Origin: Candidatus Woesearchaeota archaeon | GTDB taxonomy: Archaea; Nanobdellota; Nanobdellia; Woesearchaeales; UBA11576 | Direction: 5' to 3' | Length of the DNA: 64,000 bases | NCBI GenBank assembly: GCA_018668595.1 | Contig: JABJCP010000013.1 | Coordinates: forward strand, 64,116-128,115 | Shown here: one piece after another, positions 49,096 to 59,447 of the stretch | Layout of the letters: every line of letters begins with the position of its first letter | How positions within the stretch are numbered: the stretch's first letter is position 1 | Notes under the pieces: model-generated | Database searches by the model: none | Seen by the model: only the letters and a program-made list of their open reading frames with translations | Told to the model about the DNA's origin: nothing | Position numbers and translations under genes: made by a program

Positions 49096-49316
49096 CCCTC
49101 TTGAACATTAATGAATAATTGATGTGCAAAATCTGCAGTTGGTAAAACCGGATTTTCTATTTCTAATTCAGGTTCAACAACAGGTTTTAGTTCATACAAC
49201 TCATTGACTTTATCAAGTTGCGACCTCATATTATTTAATTCATATGCTTGAAACACAGTAAGAATAACTATAATAGCCAACAAAATAAAAATAAAATGCC
49301 TTAAGTTAATTTTCAT
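49089..49316 (-). CDS. small single-pass membrane protein (75 aa)
   Basis: ORF with one TM helix. Overlaps the downstream gene by 7 nt. Confidence 0.25.
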   Translation of the reverse strand: MKINLRHFIFILLAIIVILTVFQAYELNNMRSQLDKVNELYELKPVVEPELEIENPVLPTADFAHQLFINVQEGW

Positions 49317-49517
49317 ATTATCACCTTTAAATGCTATTTATTATGAAATCAGATATGAATGAGTAGTTACTCAAAAAAATGGTAAGTATATAAATTTTTT
49401 TAGTCTTAAATATATACTAACAACCCGCATACTCTCAAATATTATAAGAATTAAATTTAATACAAATTAAATGTGATATACATTAAATGCAGTACAAATT
49501 AAATCATTGTGCTCAGT

Positions 49518-51347
49518 TCAAATTCTCTTTTTGTAGCTTCTAATAGAAAACATAAGAATTATAATTCCAACAACTGAATATCCCACTAACTGCAAGAATT
49601 GATTAAACGCATATATTAAAGGAGCGAAATGGAATAAAAATATTTTTCTAAAAATACTTTCTCCAATCACAACAGGATTAAACGATGCAATCAAAGATGC
49701 AGACTTTGGCATCACTTCAAGAGGCGCAATAGTTGCACTAAATAAAAAGAAACCAAGTGCGAATAAAGTTGTTATTAAAATAGACGTTTGTTGATTCTCA
49801 AAAAAGTAAGCAAAGCTCATACCTAAAAAAACAAAAATTAGAATAAGAACAGAACAAACAAGTAACGAATCAAGCAAAAGACCATTAAAAATAGGAATTG
49901 CAAAACTAAACTCTGCAACAAAAAACAAAACTAAAACCTGAAACAAAACAATAATCAAATTTGTAATTACCAAACCTAAAGTAAAATCAAACTGTGAAAC
50001 AGGAGTTATTAGATTTCTAAAAAATGACTTCGAATTAATCTCAGACAAAGTAACAATATTAGAAAACAACAAGGAAATAAAAGTAATAACAATAACCAAT
50101 AACATAGGAAATAACAATGCAATACTTTTTACATTAAGTAAAGACTCAAAAGAATAAGAAATAGGTTTTACAAAACTTGCTGCTTGATCAGGACTAACAC
50201 CTGCAAAAGTTTCAAGATCTGCATCTAGTTTTTCAGCAATATCAGTTAGCTTAATAATTGCTTTATCCATTTTTTTAATATAATCATCAGTAGTTTGAAT
50301 TTCTTGTTCAAGCATATCATTGATAAGTTCTATTTGATCCATTAAAATATTAAACTGAAGAATTAAATCATCAAATTGATCGTCTAAAAAAACAATATTT
50401 TCAGAACCAGAATTTAATGAAGTTGATAAATCATCTAATTTATCTTTAAGATTTTTTAATTTGATGCTTGTTTGATCTAAATAATATGTGCTGAAATACT
50501 TTTGAGAGTAAAGGGGATTTCCCATACCATCATAACCAGAAATATAATAATAAGTCTGTGATGAAAAATCTGCAGACGTAGTATCTAGATCCAACGCTGC
50601 AGCATCTAACCAAAAACCCAAACCATCAACAGTCCATTTTAAAGTATTTATTTCATTGTTTATTTTATTAAAAGGATTGCTCATATGTAATGTGTTAAGT
50701 TCATCCTGAATTGTTTTGAGTTTTTCATAAGCTGGCGAGAAGTCATCCTGAACATTTTCTAACTTTTGCTTTCTTAAAATCAAACCATCTCTTATTTCTT
50801 CAGACTCTCCAATAGCATCATCAATATCGCTTCTTTTTTCTCCTATGAACACAATCATTTCTTGAACATTAGAAAGCAAAGCCTCTGTACTCTTAATGCT
50901 AATTTCTTCTGAAGCAACACCCAAAATATTTTCCAAACCTTCAATAATTAAATCAGTAATTTTTTTCCTAGAATTATCATAATGAAAAGTAATAATCCCT
51001 GATGGAACTTTATTTCCATTTTTATACTTGACAAAATCATCGCTGAATTCTAAACAAATATGCACTCTCTCGCGTTTGACATCACGAATACAACTCGAAG
51101 TTGAATGATATCTATAAACAGAACCAAATCTATAAAACTTATCTAAAAGCACATCAGAAACATCTACAAAATCATCAGTAATAACCCCGAATCGAACACT
51201 ATGAATACTGTCTCCACTATATGCCCAACCAATTAAAAGAATCAATAAAAGCGGACCTATGATTAAAAGACCAATAGTAGTCCAACTTCTAAAAATTATC
51301 TTAAAGTTCTTACCAATTTCGGAAAATACTCTTTGAAAAAATCCCAT
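49518..51347 (-). CDS. ABC-2 type transporter permease with a large extracytoplasmic coiled-coil domain
   Basis: One N-terminal TM helix, about 370 aa of extracellular helical region, then 5 C-terminal TM helices (ABC-2/YhgE-like topology). Confidence 0.55.
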   Translation of the reverse strand: MGFFQRVFSEIGKNFKIIFRSWTTIGLLIIGPLLLILLIGWAYSGDSIHSVRFGVITDDFVDVSDVLLDKFYRFGSVYRYHSTSSCIRDVKRERVHICLEFSDDFVKYKNGNKVPSGIITFHYDNSRKKITDLIIEGLENILGVASEEISIKSTEALLSNVQEMIVFIGEKRSDIDDAIGESEEIRDGLILRKQKLENVQDDFSPAYEKLKTIQDELNTLHMSNPFNKINNEINTLKWTVDGLGFWLDAAALDLDTTSADFSSQTYYYISGYDGMGNPLYSQKYFSTYYLDQTSIKLKNLKDKLDDLSTSLNSGSENIVFLDDQFDDLILQFNILMDQIELINDMLEQEIQTTDDYIKKMDKAIIKLTDIAEKLDADLETFAGVSPDQAASFVKPISYSFESLLNVKSIALLFPMLLVIVITFISLLFSNIVTLSEINSKSFFRNLITPVSQFDFTLGLVITNLIIVLFQVLVLFFVAEFSFAIPIFNGLLLDSLLVCSVLILIFVFLGMSFAYFFENQQTSILITTLFALGFFLFSATIAPLEVMPKSASLIASFNPVVIGESIFRKIFLFHFAPLIYAFNQFLQLVGYSVVGIIILMFSIRSYKKRI

Positions 51348-51406
51348 TTTTTATTTTTTGTAATTTATTTATTGTTTTTTGTTTATAGTTGTTTATTATT
51401 TTTTGC

Positions 51407-51584
51407 ATTACTGCGGCAGTTCATCAAATTCTATGAATTTGATCAATCGAAAAACACCTTGCATGAATCAGGCGTTTTTCTGCATTACTTCAGCTTCTCG
51501 TTTCTCTCGTAGCTGAATTCATCAAAGCAAAGCTTTGAACTAATTAAACTTTGTAAGTTCAAATAACTTGCTAAGGCAGTAATG
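51407..51584 (+). repeat. copy C of the roughly 178-bp TIR-bounded structured element (MITE-like), lying between the ABC ATPase and permease genes
   Basis: Runs from cattactgcggcag to ctaaggcagtaatg. Has the same 11-bp hairpin core (one mismatch). The middle stem here is cagct/agctg and the third stem is ttgaact/agttcaa. Confidence 0.8.
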
Positions 51585-51597
51585 CACATCTTGTCGT

Positions 51598-52365
51598 TTA
51601 CTTTGTATAATGCTGAAATACTTCGTCAAATGAATTATTATGAAATTTCTTTTTGAAATCTTTAACACGTACTGCAAACTCAAACCTACCTTTATTCATA
51701 ATTGCAAAACGATCACAATTCTCCTCTATTTCATTAAACAAATGAGTAATCACAATAACTGTCTTGCCTTTTTTATTAAATTGCTTGACAATATGCCAAA
51801 AAACTTTAACCAAAAGAGGATCTAGTCCTGTGGTCGGCTCATCCATTATTAAAATCTCAGGATCATGAATTAATGAAATTGCAAAATCCAATCTTCTTTT
51901 CATACCTCCAGAAATTTTTTCTGCAAGTTTATTTTTATGAGACAAAAGACCAACACTTTCAAGAACATCGTGAATATGATGTTTTAATTTTCTATCTTCG
52001 GGTTTATAACCATAAAGCTTAGAATAATATTTCATATTCTCATAAATAGTAAGTTTGTCATAGAAACTATTTTCTTGCGTTGTGTAACCCACAATATGCT
52101 TAAGCTTATCTAACTTTTTTGTGATATCTTCTCCTCGGTATAAAATATTTCCTGAATTAGCTGCATAAAAACCAATTAAAATTTTTAATAATGTACTTTT
52201 GCCACAACCACTTCTTCCAATAAGCCCTATAATTTCTCCTTCAATTATATCAATAGAAAGATTATCCAACACAACAGTTTTGCCAAATTGTTTAGTGACG
52301 TTCTGTAAAGAAATTAGTGAAGTAGACTGATCTTCTTTCACCTCTTTTGACTGTTTTTTTTTCAT
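51598..52365 (-). CDS. ABC transporter ATP-binding protein
   Basis: Has Walker A GRSGCGKST, the signature LSGGMKRRL, and Walker B ILIMDEPTTGLD. Confidence 0.9.
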   Translation of the reverse strand: MKKKQSKEVKEDQSTSLISLQNVTKQFGKTVVLDNLSIDIIEGEIIGLIGRSGCGKSTLLKILIGFYAANSGNILYRGEDITKKLDKLKHIVGYTTQENSFYDKLTIYENMKYYSKLYGYKPEDRKLKHHIHDVLESVGLLSHKNKLAEKISGGMKRRLDFAISLIHDPEILIMDEPTTGLDPLLVKVFWHIVKQFNKKGKTVIVITHLFNEIEENCDRFAIMNKGRFEFAVRVKDFKKKFHNNSFDEVFQHYTK

Positions 52366-52379
52366 ATTAGATACCGGTT

Positions 52380-52868
52380 TTAGATTCCTTCAAATTCATA
52401 TAACAATTTATCATTATCAAGTCCTTTTGATAATTTGTGCCAACACATCCCCTTTCTCATTTTCTTTCTCAGGAAACTTATGAATTCATCTCTTTTTTCT
52501 TTAGGCCAAAGATCAAATAAAAAAGCAGCCTTGCACAAATGAAGAGTATCGCAATGACCATCCCTTAAATCAGTTCCATTATCTGTTCCACAAATCTCTT
52601 GATGAATAGGACAAAAAATCAAATCTTTATCAACATCATAAATTAAATTTCTGCAAACACCTGAATTTCGTAACTCTCTTGCAGGATGACGATCACGAAA
52701 ATGCTTAAGCTGTTTTTTATTATGTTTATCAGATACTGAATGTTTGAATTCAAGAGTATTTTTTTTTATTCCTTGAGCCACTTCCTCTTTTGAATCTGAA
52801 AGCTTACCGCAACAGCCAATGCACAAAACACCCAATGAATTGCACAAACTCGACTTAATATAAGACAT
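52380..52868 (-). CDS. Cys-rich hypothetical protein (162 aa)
   Basis: Has several Cys clusters (CIGCCGK, CPIHQEICGTD, HCDTLHLC). No confident family. Confidence 0.3.
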   Translation of the reverse strand: MSYIKSSLCNSLGVLCIGCCGKLSDSKEEVAQGIKKNTLEFKHSVSDKHNKKQLKHFRDRHPARELRNSGVCRNLIYDVDKDLIFCPIHQEICGTDNGTDLRDGHCDTLHLCKAAFLFDLWPKEKRDEFISFLRKKMRKGMCWHKLSKGLDNDKLLYEFEGI

Positions 52869-52911
52869 ATATAAATAGAAAATGTTTTTATTTAAATAAT
52901 CTTCGAATGTT

Positions 52912-53490
52912 TTAACGCTCTTGATGTTTTAATACTCTTCTAGAAATAATGTCTGGCTGTCTTGTTAATTCAGGAATTCTATAACCAATACAAAATGGTT
53001 CTATAATTTTAACTGCATCCTCAGAAGATAATTCTTTGCATCCTGAAGAAACATAAATTGGTTTCACATCATCTGCTGAACGAAATGCATAACCTGCAAA
53101 TTTATTGGTTATATTTATTCTTGATTTACTAAATTGTTTTAAATCAGGTTCTTCATAATCTCCAACTAAGTAATTTTTGGCAACACCCATTGTTTTTATT
53201 TGAAATGCTTTATTATATTCGCACGCAGCACCGAAAAGATTTGGATGAATTGTTCCATTACCATCGATAACAAGAACATCAATACTTTTGTTTGTTTGTT
53301 TTAATTTAGGCAAGAGTAAATCCAGACCTTTTTGTTCTCTGAGATATAGTTTTCCAGGAACATAATTATTTGTTGGAACAAACTCTTGTGTAAATGAATT
53401 GACAAAATCTTGATTCTCAAAAATACAAAGACAAGCAACTGCTAAATTAGATTCCTTTGAATAACTTACATCATATCCTGCAAATATCAT
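52912..53490 (-). CDS. nfi: endonuclease V
   Basis: Has GYDVSY, LVIDGNGTIHP, TMGVAKN, PIYVSSG and YRIPELTR, which match Nfi conserved blocks. Confidence 0.75.
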   Translation of the reverse strand: MIFAGYDVSYSKESNLAVACLCIFENQDFVNSFTQEFVPTNNYVPGKLYLREQKGLDLLLPKLKQTNKSIDVLVIDGNGTIHPNLFGAACEYNKAFQIKTMGVAKNYLVGDYEEPDLKQFSKSRINITNKFAGYAFRSADDVKPIYVSSGCKELSSEDAVKIIEPFCIGYRIPELTRQPDIISRRVLKHQER

Positions 53491-53493
53491 TTT

Positions 53494-53533
53494 TCAATTA
53501 TCTTCAATTATTTCCAATTATTTCCAATTATTT
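53494..53533. repeat. tandem repeat, roughly 10-bp unit (c)caattattt, about 4 copies, abutting the nfi start codon
   Basis: Direct reading: caattatcttcaattatttccaattatttccaattattt. Confidence 0.7.
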
Positions 53534-54229
53534 TTCTGAAGCGTCGATGAATAAAAGTTTGCCTGACTTTTTAGAATAAACAAATTCAAAATAACCAAGT
53601 CGTGGTTGATAATAAGGAATGTTACCTACTCGCGTTTGTTTAGATAATGATTTTACAACATACCACATTAACTGCTTAATATTTTTGTCAGACTCTTTGA
53701 CATTTAAATAATCCATCCGTCTAAAATCATGATTGTTGTAATTTTTGAATATCGCACTCCAAGGAGTTATTTGAGCATGACAAAGTTTTTCTAGATTAGG
53801 TTCTTTTGCCATCTCAATAGTAAGTTGATTTTTTTCTGAAATGACAACACCGCAATATTCTGCAGGATCATATTCATTTATTAAAATTTTATAATGTTCT
53901 TCATCAGATGAATCAATTTTTTTATTTAAATCAGAGATAATCGAATCTAAATTCTGATCGATGTAAGTAAACCTTTGGAATGAACTTGATGTTGGAACTG
54001 CTCTCAAAACAACCCTGTCATCATATTTATCAAATATTTTTTGAGCTTGGGATTGATTTTGGTAAAAATTATTTAATGAAAGAATGTGGAACTCATAAGT
54101 AGGCAAGTTACTTTTTCTTAGTCTATCTATCATAACAAGTTTATTTTCTTCGATTATGAAATTACCAGTCTGAATACTATGATCTTGTTGTGCTTTAATC
54201 CATCCTGAAAGATTTTTTTGGTATGTCAT
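53528..54229 (-). CDS. hypothetical protein (233 aa)
   Basis: ORF only. Confidence 0.3.
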   Translation of the reverse strand: MTYQKNLSGWIKAQQDHSIQTGNFIIEENKLVMIDRLRKSNLPTYEFHILSLNNFYQNQSQAQKIFDKYDDRVVLRAVPTSSSFQRFTYIDQNLDSIISDLNKKIDSSDEEHYKILINEYDPAEYCGVVISEKNQLTIEMAKEPNLEKLCHAQITPWSAIFKNYNNHDFRRMDYLNVKESDKNIKQLMWYVVKSLSKQTRVGNIPYYQPRLGYFEFVYSKKSGKLLFIDASEK

Positions 54230-55501
54230 TTAGGTTAACTCAGTATGTCTTAAGCTTAGTTCATTTAAAATATCTTTTGTAGTTAAATTATGTTTTGCCA
54301 TGTAGATCGATATAAAATAGGTAAGATCTGCAACTTCCCACACTTTTTCTGCTCTTGACTTTGCTTGAGTTACCTCGAATGCTTCTTCAATTATTTTTTT
54401 GTGAAGTTTTTCTGAGTTATTAGCAATTTTAGCAGTGTATGAAATTGAATTACTTTTATTTTTTAGATCTATTCTTTTCTTTAGGAATTCTTTTAAGTAA
54501 TTCAGATTAAATTCCTTATTTTCTTTGTTAAAGCAACTGTAAGTATTTTTATGACAAGCAAAACCTTTTTGTTTCACTCTGAATAATAATGTGTCATTAT
54601 CACAATCATAAGTTATTTTTGTTAATTTTTGTTTATTTCCTGACGATTCTCCTTTAGTCCAAAGTTTATTTCGAGATCTACTAAAATAAGTTGCATACTG
54701 AGTGGTCAGAGATTTGTGTAATGAAAATTTACTACTATATGCAAGCATTAAAACTTGATTATTCTCGTCCTGAACTATTGTTGGAATCAATTTTGATTTG
54801 CTTTTTTCAAAATCTATTGAATTAACCAATGCTTTGTTAAGATTAATTTTTCCTGTGTAAATTGACATTCCAAGAACACAGTCAAGATCTTGATGTTCAA
54901 TTTCTTTAATTTCTTTGTATTCAGATATTCCTCCTGCAATAATAATTCTCTTATTAAACTCTTTTTTGAGTTCAGCTAGTTTTTTGATAAAATTTTTGTT
55001 TGCACCTTTGTTTAAACCTTCTACATCAACATTAGTTATCAAAAATCCTGCACAGTAATTTTTTAGTTTTTTTATTTGGTTTTTTATGTTGATTGATTTT
55101 GTTTTAGTCCAGCCATGAGTGGCAAGTTTTCCTCCTTTGAGATCAAGTGCTACAATAACTCTGCTTGGTGGAAGCGACTTTAGAAATTCTTTGTTTGCAG
55201 ATGTTCCAACAATTATATGTTTTGCTCCAGCTCGCAAGTATTCGTATACTAATTCTTTTGAACGAATTCCACCACCCACATTACACCTTAATTTTTTGCA
55301 AAGAGATTTTATTAACTCTTTATTAGATTTTTTAATAGACCCATTTGATAATGCAGCGTCGAGATCAATAACATTTGTTTCTGGAAAAAGCCTGAACTCT
55401 TTGATAAGCTTTTTTAGATTTGGTTGCTCTAAAACTTTTTCTTTTCCTTGCTTTAATTGAACTGCTGTGTTGTTCATTAGGTCTATTGAAGGTATTATCA
55501 T
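54230..55501 (-). CDS. hisA-hisIE: fused HisA (ProFAR isomerase) / HisI (PRA-CH) / HisE (PRA-PH) protein
   Basis: N-terminal MIIPSIDLMNNTAVQLKQG and GGGIRS fit a HisA TIM barrel. The middle block FSRSRNKLWTKGESSGNKQ...CDNDTLL...CHKNTYSCF matches HisI. The C-terminal helical block resembles HisE. Confidence 0.6.
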   Translation of the reverse strand: MIIPSIDLMNNTAVQLKQGKEKVLEQPNLKKLIKEFRLFPETNVIDLDAALSNGSIKKSNKELIKSLCKKLRCNVGGGIRSKELVYEYLRAGAKHIIVGTSANKEFLKSLPPSRVIVALDLKGGKLATHGWTKTKSINIKNQIKKLKNYCAGFLITNVDVEGLNKGANKNFIKKLAELKKEFNKRIIIAGGISEYKEIKEIEHQDLDCVLGMSIYTGKINLNKALVNSIDFEKSKSKLIPTIVQDENNQVLMLAYSSKFSLHKSLTTQYATYFSRSRNKLWTKGESSGNKQKLTKITYDCDNDTLLFRVKQKGFACHKNTYSCFNKENKEFNLNYLKEFLKKRIDLKNKSNSISYTAKIANNSEKLHKKIIEEAFEVTQAKSRAEKVWEVADLTYFISIYMAKHNLTTKDILNELSLRHTELT

Positions 55502-55520
55502 TTTTATCTCCTATTTATTT

Positions 55521-56243
55521 TTAAAAATTATTTGTCCTAATTTGCTCTTCTGTTAAAAACTCAGAGTAGTTTAAATTCATTTTCTTTAATCCTGCTGATA
55601 ACATCTTTTTTAATTTTAGTACTGTTTCTAATTTTTGTTCTTCAAGTTTTGAATTTGCAATCAATCTTGTTGTTGATTTCATAATTACATCAAGTACTTT
55701 CAAGTTATTTTGTTTTAACGATCTTCCTGATTGAGTGTGATCTACAATTACATCAGCAAATTCAGGAACAAAACACTCTGTTGAACCATAAGTTTTTATT
55801 ATTCTAAACTTTTTGTTTTTAGAGCGAAAATAACCTTTTGTAATTTCAGTATACTCTGATGCTACAGTTAATGTTTTTGGTGCAGTTGAATCTCTGAAAT
55901 TTTTTGGCGCTGCAACCATTAAAAATACAGGCATGGTTTTAAGGTCTAGAATAAATTCAACACTGGCGTTCTCATCCTCGACCAGGTCAAGTCCAATAAT
56001 GCCCACATCAACAAGTCCTTCCTCAACCATTTTTGGAATGTTTCTTGGTTTTAAAATTCTAAACTCAAACTCAGAAATATTAGATTCTGGTTTGTAGTTT
56101 CTCTCTGAACCGCTAAGAAAAATTTTAGATTTTTCTAAAAGTTCTTTTGTGCTTTCCATAAGTCTTCCTTTAGGCAAAGCAATTTTGATAACATTCCCGT
56201 TCATTAGTTGTTGATTTTTTTTGTTTGTGTTTTCATCATTCAT
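55521..56243 (-). CDS. hisG: ATP phosphoribosyltransferase
   Basis: Has IKIALPKGRL, and a VDVGIIGLDLVEDE block, typical of HisG. Confidence 0.75.
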   Translation of the reverse strand: MNDENTNKKNQQLMNGNVIKIALPKGRLMESTKELLEKSKIFLSGSERNYKPESNISEFEFRILKPRNIPKMVEEGLVDVGIIGLDLVEDENASVEFILDLKTMPVFLMVAAPKNFRDSTAPKTLTVASEYTEITKGYFRSKNKKFRIIKTYGSTECFVPEFADVIVDHTQSGRSLKQNNLKVLDVIMKSTTRLIANSKLEEQKLETVLKLKKMLSAGLKKMNLNYSEFLTEEQIRTNNF

Positions 56244-56268
56244 TTTTTCTCACCTGCGCAAACTGCAT

Positions 56269-57336
56269 TTAATTAGATAAATCTTCAAAGAGTTCTGACC
56301 AAACTCTGACAATTGTATCTTTATCTTTTCCTTGCCTCCACAAATCTTTGTCAAATGATTTTTGTTTCTGTGTTTTATTTTGTTTTTTATTTTGTTTTTG
56401 ATTTTCGCTTTGTTTTTGTTTAATCCTCATACCATCAGGAGTAATCTCTGAATGAATTCTTGTTCCTGAATAATTCATAAAATAACAAAGATCGACGAGC
56501 TCATAACCTTTACTTTGAAGTAAACGATTAAGCATCAATGATGCCATTCTTGCAACTGATCTTGCAGTACTTGTGTTTATGTAGAATTCTGCAAACTCAT
56601 CAGGAATACATTCGTCTTTATCAGGAAGAGGGTTACGCCAATCAAAACGAATAATATCTTTTGGAAACTTGGACTCATAGTTGATTGGCTTACCTAATGT
56701 TATTTTCTTGTTGGTCAATTTTGTCTTGTGTTGGTCAACTGTTTTCAAATTATGTTTCATGGTTCCAACAAGATAATTCTTCCAAATAATTTCTAACGGA
56801 GGTATTGAATTTGCTAAGAAAACAATTGCATAAGTTTTGTTTTTATGAATTGTTTGGCCTAAGTAATTTGAAATAAATGGAAAGTTCTTAGGAATTAATT
56901 TTTCTGCATCTTTTGTAATCAATTTATCTTGCTTCTTTTTTGTAACATGATTTGAAACATTATTGTTAAGCATTGAAGCAAAAAGTCTCCAGAATTTTAA
57001 TCTTAAAATATCTGTGTGCTCAACAACACCATAACGATTGTAAGTAAAAGAATACATTGTTGGTTTTAATTCAATTAAAGCAATTTTTGGTTTTAAGTTT
57101 GTGCTTTTTATTTCAAAGAATTTTTTACTTTCTCCTTCAATAAATGGTTTTTTGAAATTAACTTTATTTAGGTTTTCTTGTACATAATACTCAACAATAT
57201 TTCTTATGTTTTCAAATAAAGAATTTTTTGAACAAACTAACCCCTGTTCTTTTGATTTTTCTAAATTTGTTTTAATATTTAAAGTTTTTAACACTTGTTT
57301 GATTTGATTTAATTGTTTTTTTTGCATAAATATCAC
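56269..57336 (-). CDS. hypothetical protein with a weak SAICAR-synthase-like C-terminal motif
   Basis: ELVDLCYFMNYSG...EITPDGMRI resembles the PurC LVDxKFEFG...TPDSSR block. Otherwise unassignable. Confidence 0.25.
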   Translation of the reverse strand: MIFMQKKQLNQIKQVLKTLNIKTNLEKSKEQGLVCSKNSLFENIRNIVEYYVQENLNKVNFKKPFIEGESKKFFEIKSTNLKPKIALIELKPTMYSFTYNRYGVVEHTDILRLKFWRLFASMLNNNVSNHVTKKKQDKLITKDAEKLIPKNFPFISNYLGQTIHKNKTYAIVFLANSIPPLEIIWKNYLVGTMKHNLKTVDQHKTKLTNKKITLGKPINYESKFPKDIIRFDWRNPLPDKDECIPDEFAEFYINTSTARSVARMASLMLNRLLQSKGYELVDLCYFMNYSGTRIHSEITPDGMRIKQKQSENQKQNKKQNKTQKQKSFDKDLWRQGKDKDTIVRVWSELFEDLSN

Positions 57337-57464
57337 CTAACATATTGTTTATTTGCTCAATTACAGAATAAGTTAGGTGCAAGAGGTAAATAAAATTAGT
57401 TGGACGAAATTTTATCAAAATCTAAAATAAATAGAAATAAATTAGAAAAAAATAAAAAATAGGT

Positions 57465-58028
57465 TTAATCTTCTTTTTTTTGAGTTAATGTTGGTTCAGG
57501 CACTATTCCTTTTTCTACTTCAAGATATGCATTCACTAACTTGTTGTCTTTTAGTCTAGCTTCAAGTTCATCAGATTCCTCTTTGGACATACAAGATTTT
57601 GCACCAAGATGAGCACTTAGAAAATAATAAACATTAGGAACTTTCAAATCTGCTGCTTTTTCTAACGCTGCAACATCATCAGATTTAGATCCATAAGTTA
57701 AAACTCCATGTGCTAATCCAGCTCCTATCGCAGAACAATAATTATTTTTTGACGTCTGTCTAGATTCATCGTCTTCGTTTAAGTTTGTAGCAATGTCTCC
57801 CGAGTAAGCTTGCGCATGTGCTTGGATAGATCTCTGCAAATCATCTAGACTTGCAACAACGTCAACAATGCTTAACTCGCAACCAGGTTGTTGGTATGTT
57901 TTTTTAATCAAATTTAAAAATCCATACATTCGTTTTAGCATAGGTTCGACTTTTCGATAGTCTTGCTCGCCCAGTTTCAGTGGTTCGTACAATTTATTAA
58001 ATTCTTCATTAATTTTTTTATCAGTCAT
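57465..58028 (-). CDS. hypothetical protein (187 aa)
   Basis: ORF only. Weak resemblance to the class II aldolase C-terminal region. Confidence 0.25.
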   Translation of the reverse strand: MTDKKINEEFNKLYEPLKLGEQDYRKVEPMLKRMYGFLNLIKKTYQQPGCELSIVDVVASLDDLQRSIQAHAQAYSGDIATNLNEDDESRQTSKNNYCSAIGAGLAHGVLTYGSKSDDVAALEKAADLKVPNVYYFLSAHLGAKSCMSKEESDELEARLKDNKLVNAYLEVEKGIVPEPTLTQKKED

Positions 58029-58165
58029 TTTAAATCAAATATTTGAATGAATTTATTTAAATATGTTCTGTTCTCCACAGGTGACGAATGAACAATTAAT
58101 TGGTTTTTATATTATTATTATGAGTATTGATAATATTTATATATCCTTAATTTTTTCTAATATAT

Positions 58166-59446
58166 ATGAAGTGGATAAAACGCATATTTTCAAAGATAAA
58201 AGACGCTCATGTGCCTGAAATCAGTGATGAAGAAGAATTCGTAGAAGCAGCACAGCTAAGTAACTGGTTTGAAAGAAAAACAGAACACAAATTTGATGAT
58301 CTCAAAACAGAAGTGGAAACTAGTTTTTCTAAAATAGACGAAACCACAGACTCTATGCGAGATAATCTAGATTTGCTTAACTCAAGCGAACTCCAAAATC
58401 CAAACATTCCTGAACGCGCAGTTCAAATAATGGAAGGAAATCGTGATTCTTTTATATCCCAACACAAAATATTTCTTGATGGAATGAGCATACCTCAAAA
58501 TCCTGATTTTAAATCAACACTAATTTTTTGCGAAAGATACTTTGTTGCACTAGAACGACTTGGAAAAAGCACAGGAAAAAGCACAGCAGTACTAAATGAA
58601 TTTTTTTCAAATGAAGTTAGCGCAATAAATCAAAATATTTCAAAAATTAATAATATATTAGGATCTCTAAAAAACAAATTGATGAGTGAAGAAAAAGGAA
58701 TTGAATACGTAGATGAAATCAAACAAGATGTAGAAGAATTCAATGGAAAACTAAAAAGAGAATCTGAACTTTTACAAGATAAAGATTTCCACAAACAAAA
58801 ATTAGATGCAAGTATTGGCATGAAGAAAAAACTAGAAAAAGATGTTGATAAGCTAAAAGCAAGCGAGGGGTATTCTGCATATTCCAGTTTAGATACTGAA
58901 CGAGATAGTCTAAAAAAAGAAATTAAACAAGTAGAAAATGATATTTTTCATGTGTTCTTTCAATTAGACAAAGTGTTTAAAAAATATGTAAGGATATCTG
59001 TAGACAATGCTCGATTAATACAACAATATCTCGACGATCCAGTAACTGCAGTAGTTGCGGATGAAGAAAATAAAATACTAGATGTATCTGCCAAAATGAT
59101 TCTTGCAATTGACCAAGGAACAATTGATTTGAAAGACGGATCAAAAGTTATTGAACGAATTAGCCGCATCAATAAAGACTTTCTCGATAGATTTAGATTT
59201 AAACATAATGATCTAAAAAATTCTACTAAAAAATTAGATTTTAAAATGAAAAATAGTCGCGTTATGCAAGAAATATCTGATCTGAATTATAAAATGGATC
59301 ATGTCAACAAACAAATACAAATACTCGAAGAGAAAAATTCAAAATTCGACAAAAGTATTGAACGACTAGATATAGACCAAGCCCGACGAAATTTACAAAT
59401 AAAACTTCAAAAAGCACTGGGTTTTAGAGTTACTGTTAATAAATGA
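58166..59446 (+). CDS. coiled-coil protein (426 aa)
   Basis: Extended heptad-rich K/E sequence. No enzymatic motif. Confidence 0.35.
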   Translation: MKWIKRIFSKIKDAHVPEISDEEEFVEAAQLSNWFERKTEHKFDDLKTEVETSFSKIDETTDSMRDNLDLLNSSELQNPNIPERAVQIMEGNRDSFISQHKIFLDGMSIPQNPDFKSTLIFCERYFVALERLGKSTGKSTAVLNEFFSNEVSAINQNISKINNILGSLKNKLMSEEKGIEYVDEIKQDVEEFNGKLKRESELLQDKDFHKQKLDASIGMKKKLEKDVDKLKASEGYSAYSSLDTERDSLKKEIKQVENDIFHVFFQLDKVFKKYVRISVDNARLIQQYLDDPVTAVVADEENKILDVSAKMILAIDQGTIDLKDGSKVIERISRINKDFLDRFRFKHNDLKNSTKKLDFKMKNSRVMQEISDLNYKMDHVNKQIQILEEKNSKFDKSIERLDIDQARRNLQIKLQKALGFRVTVNK

Positions 59447-59447
59447 A

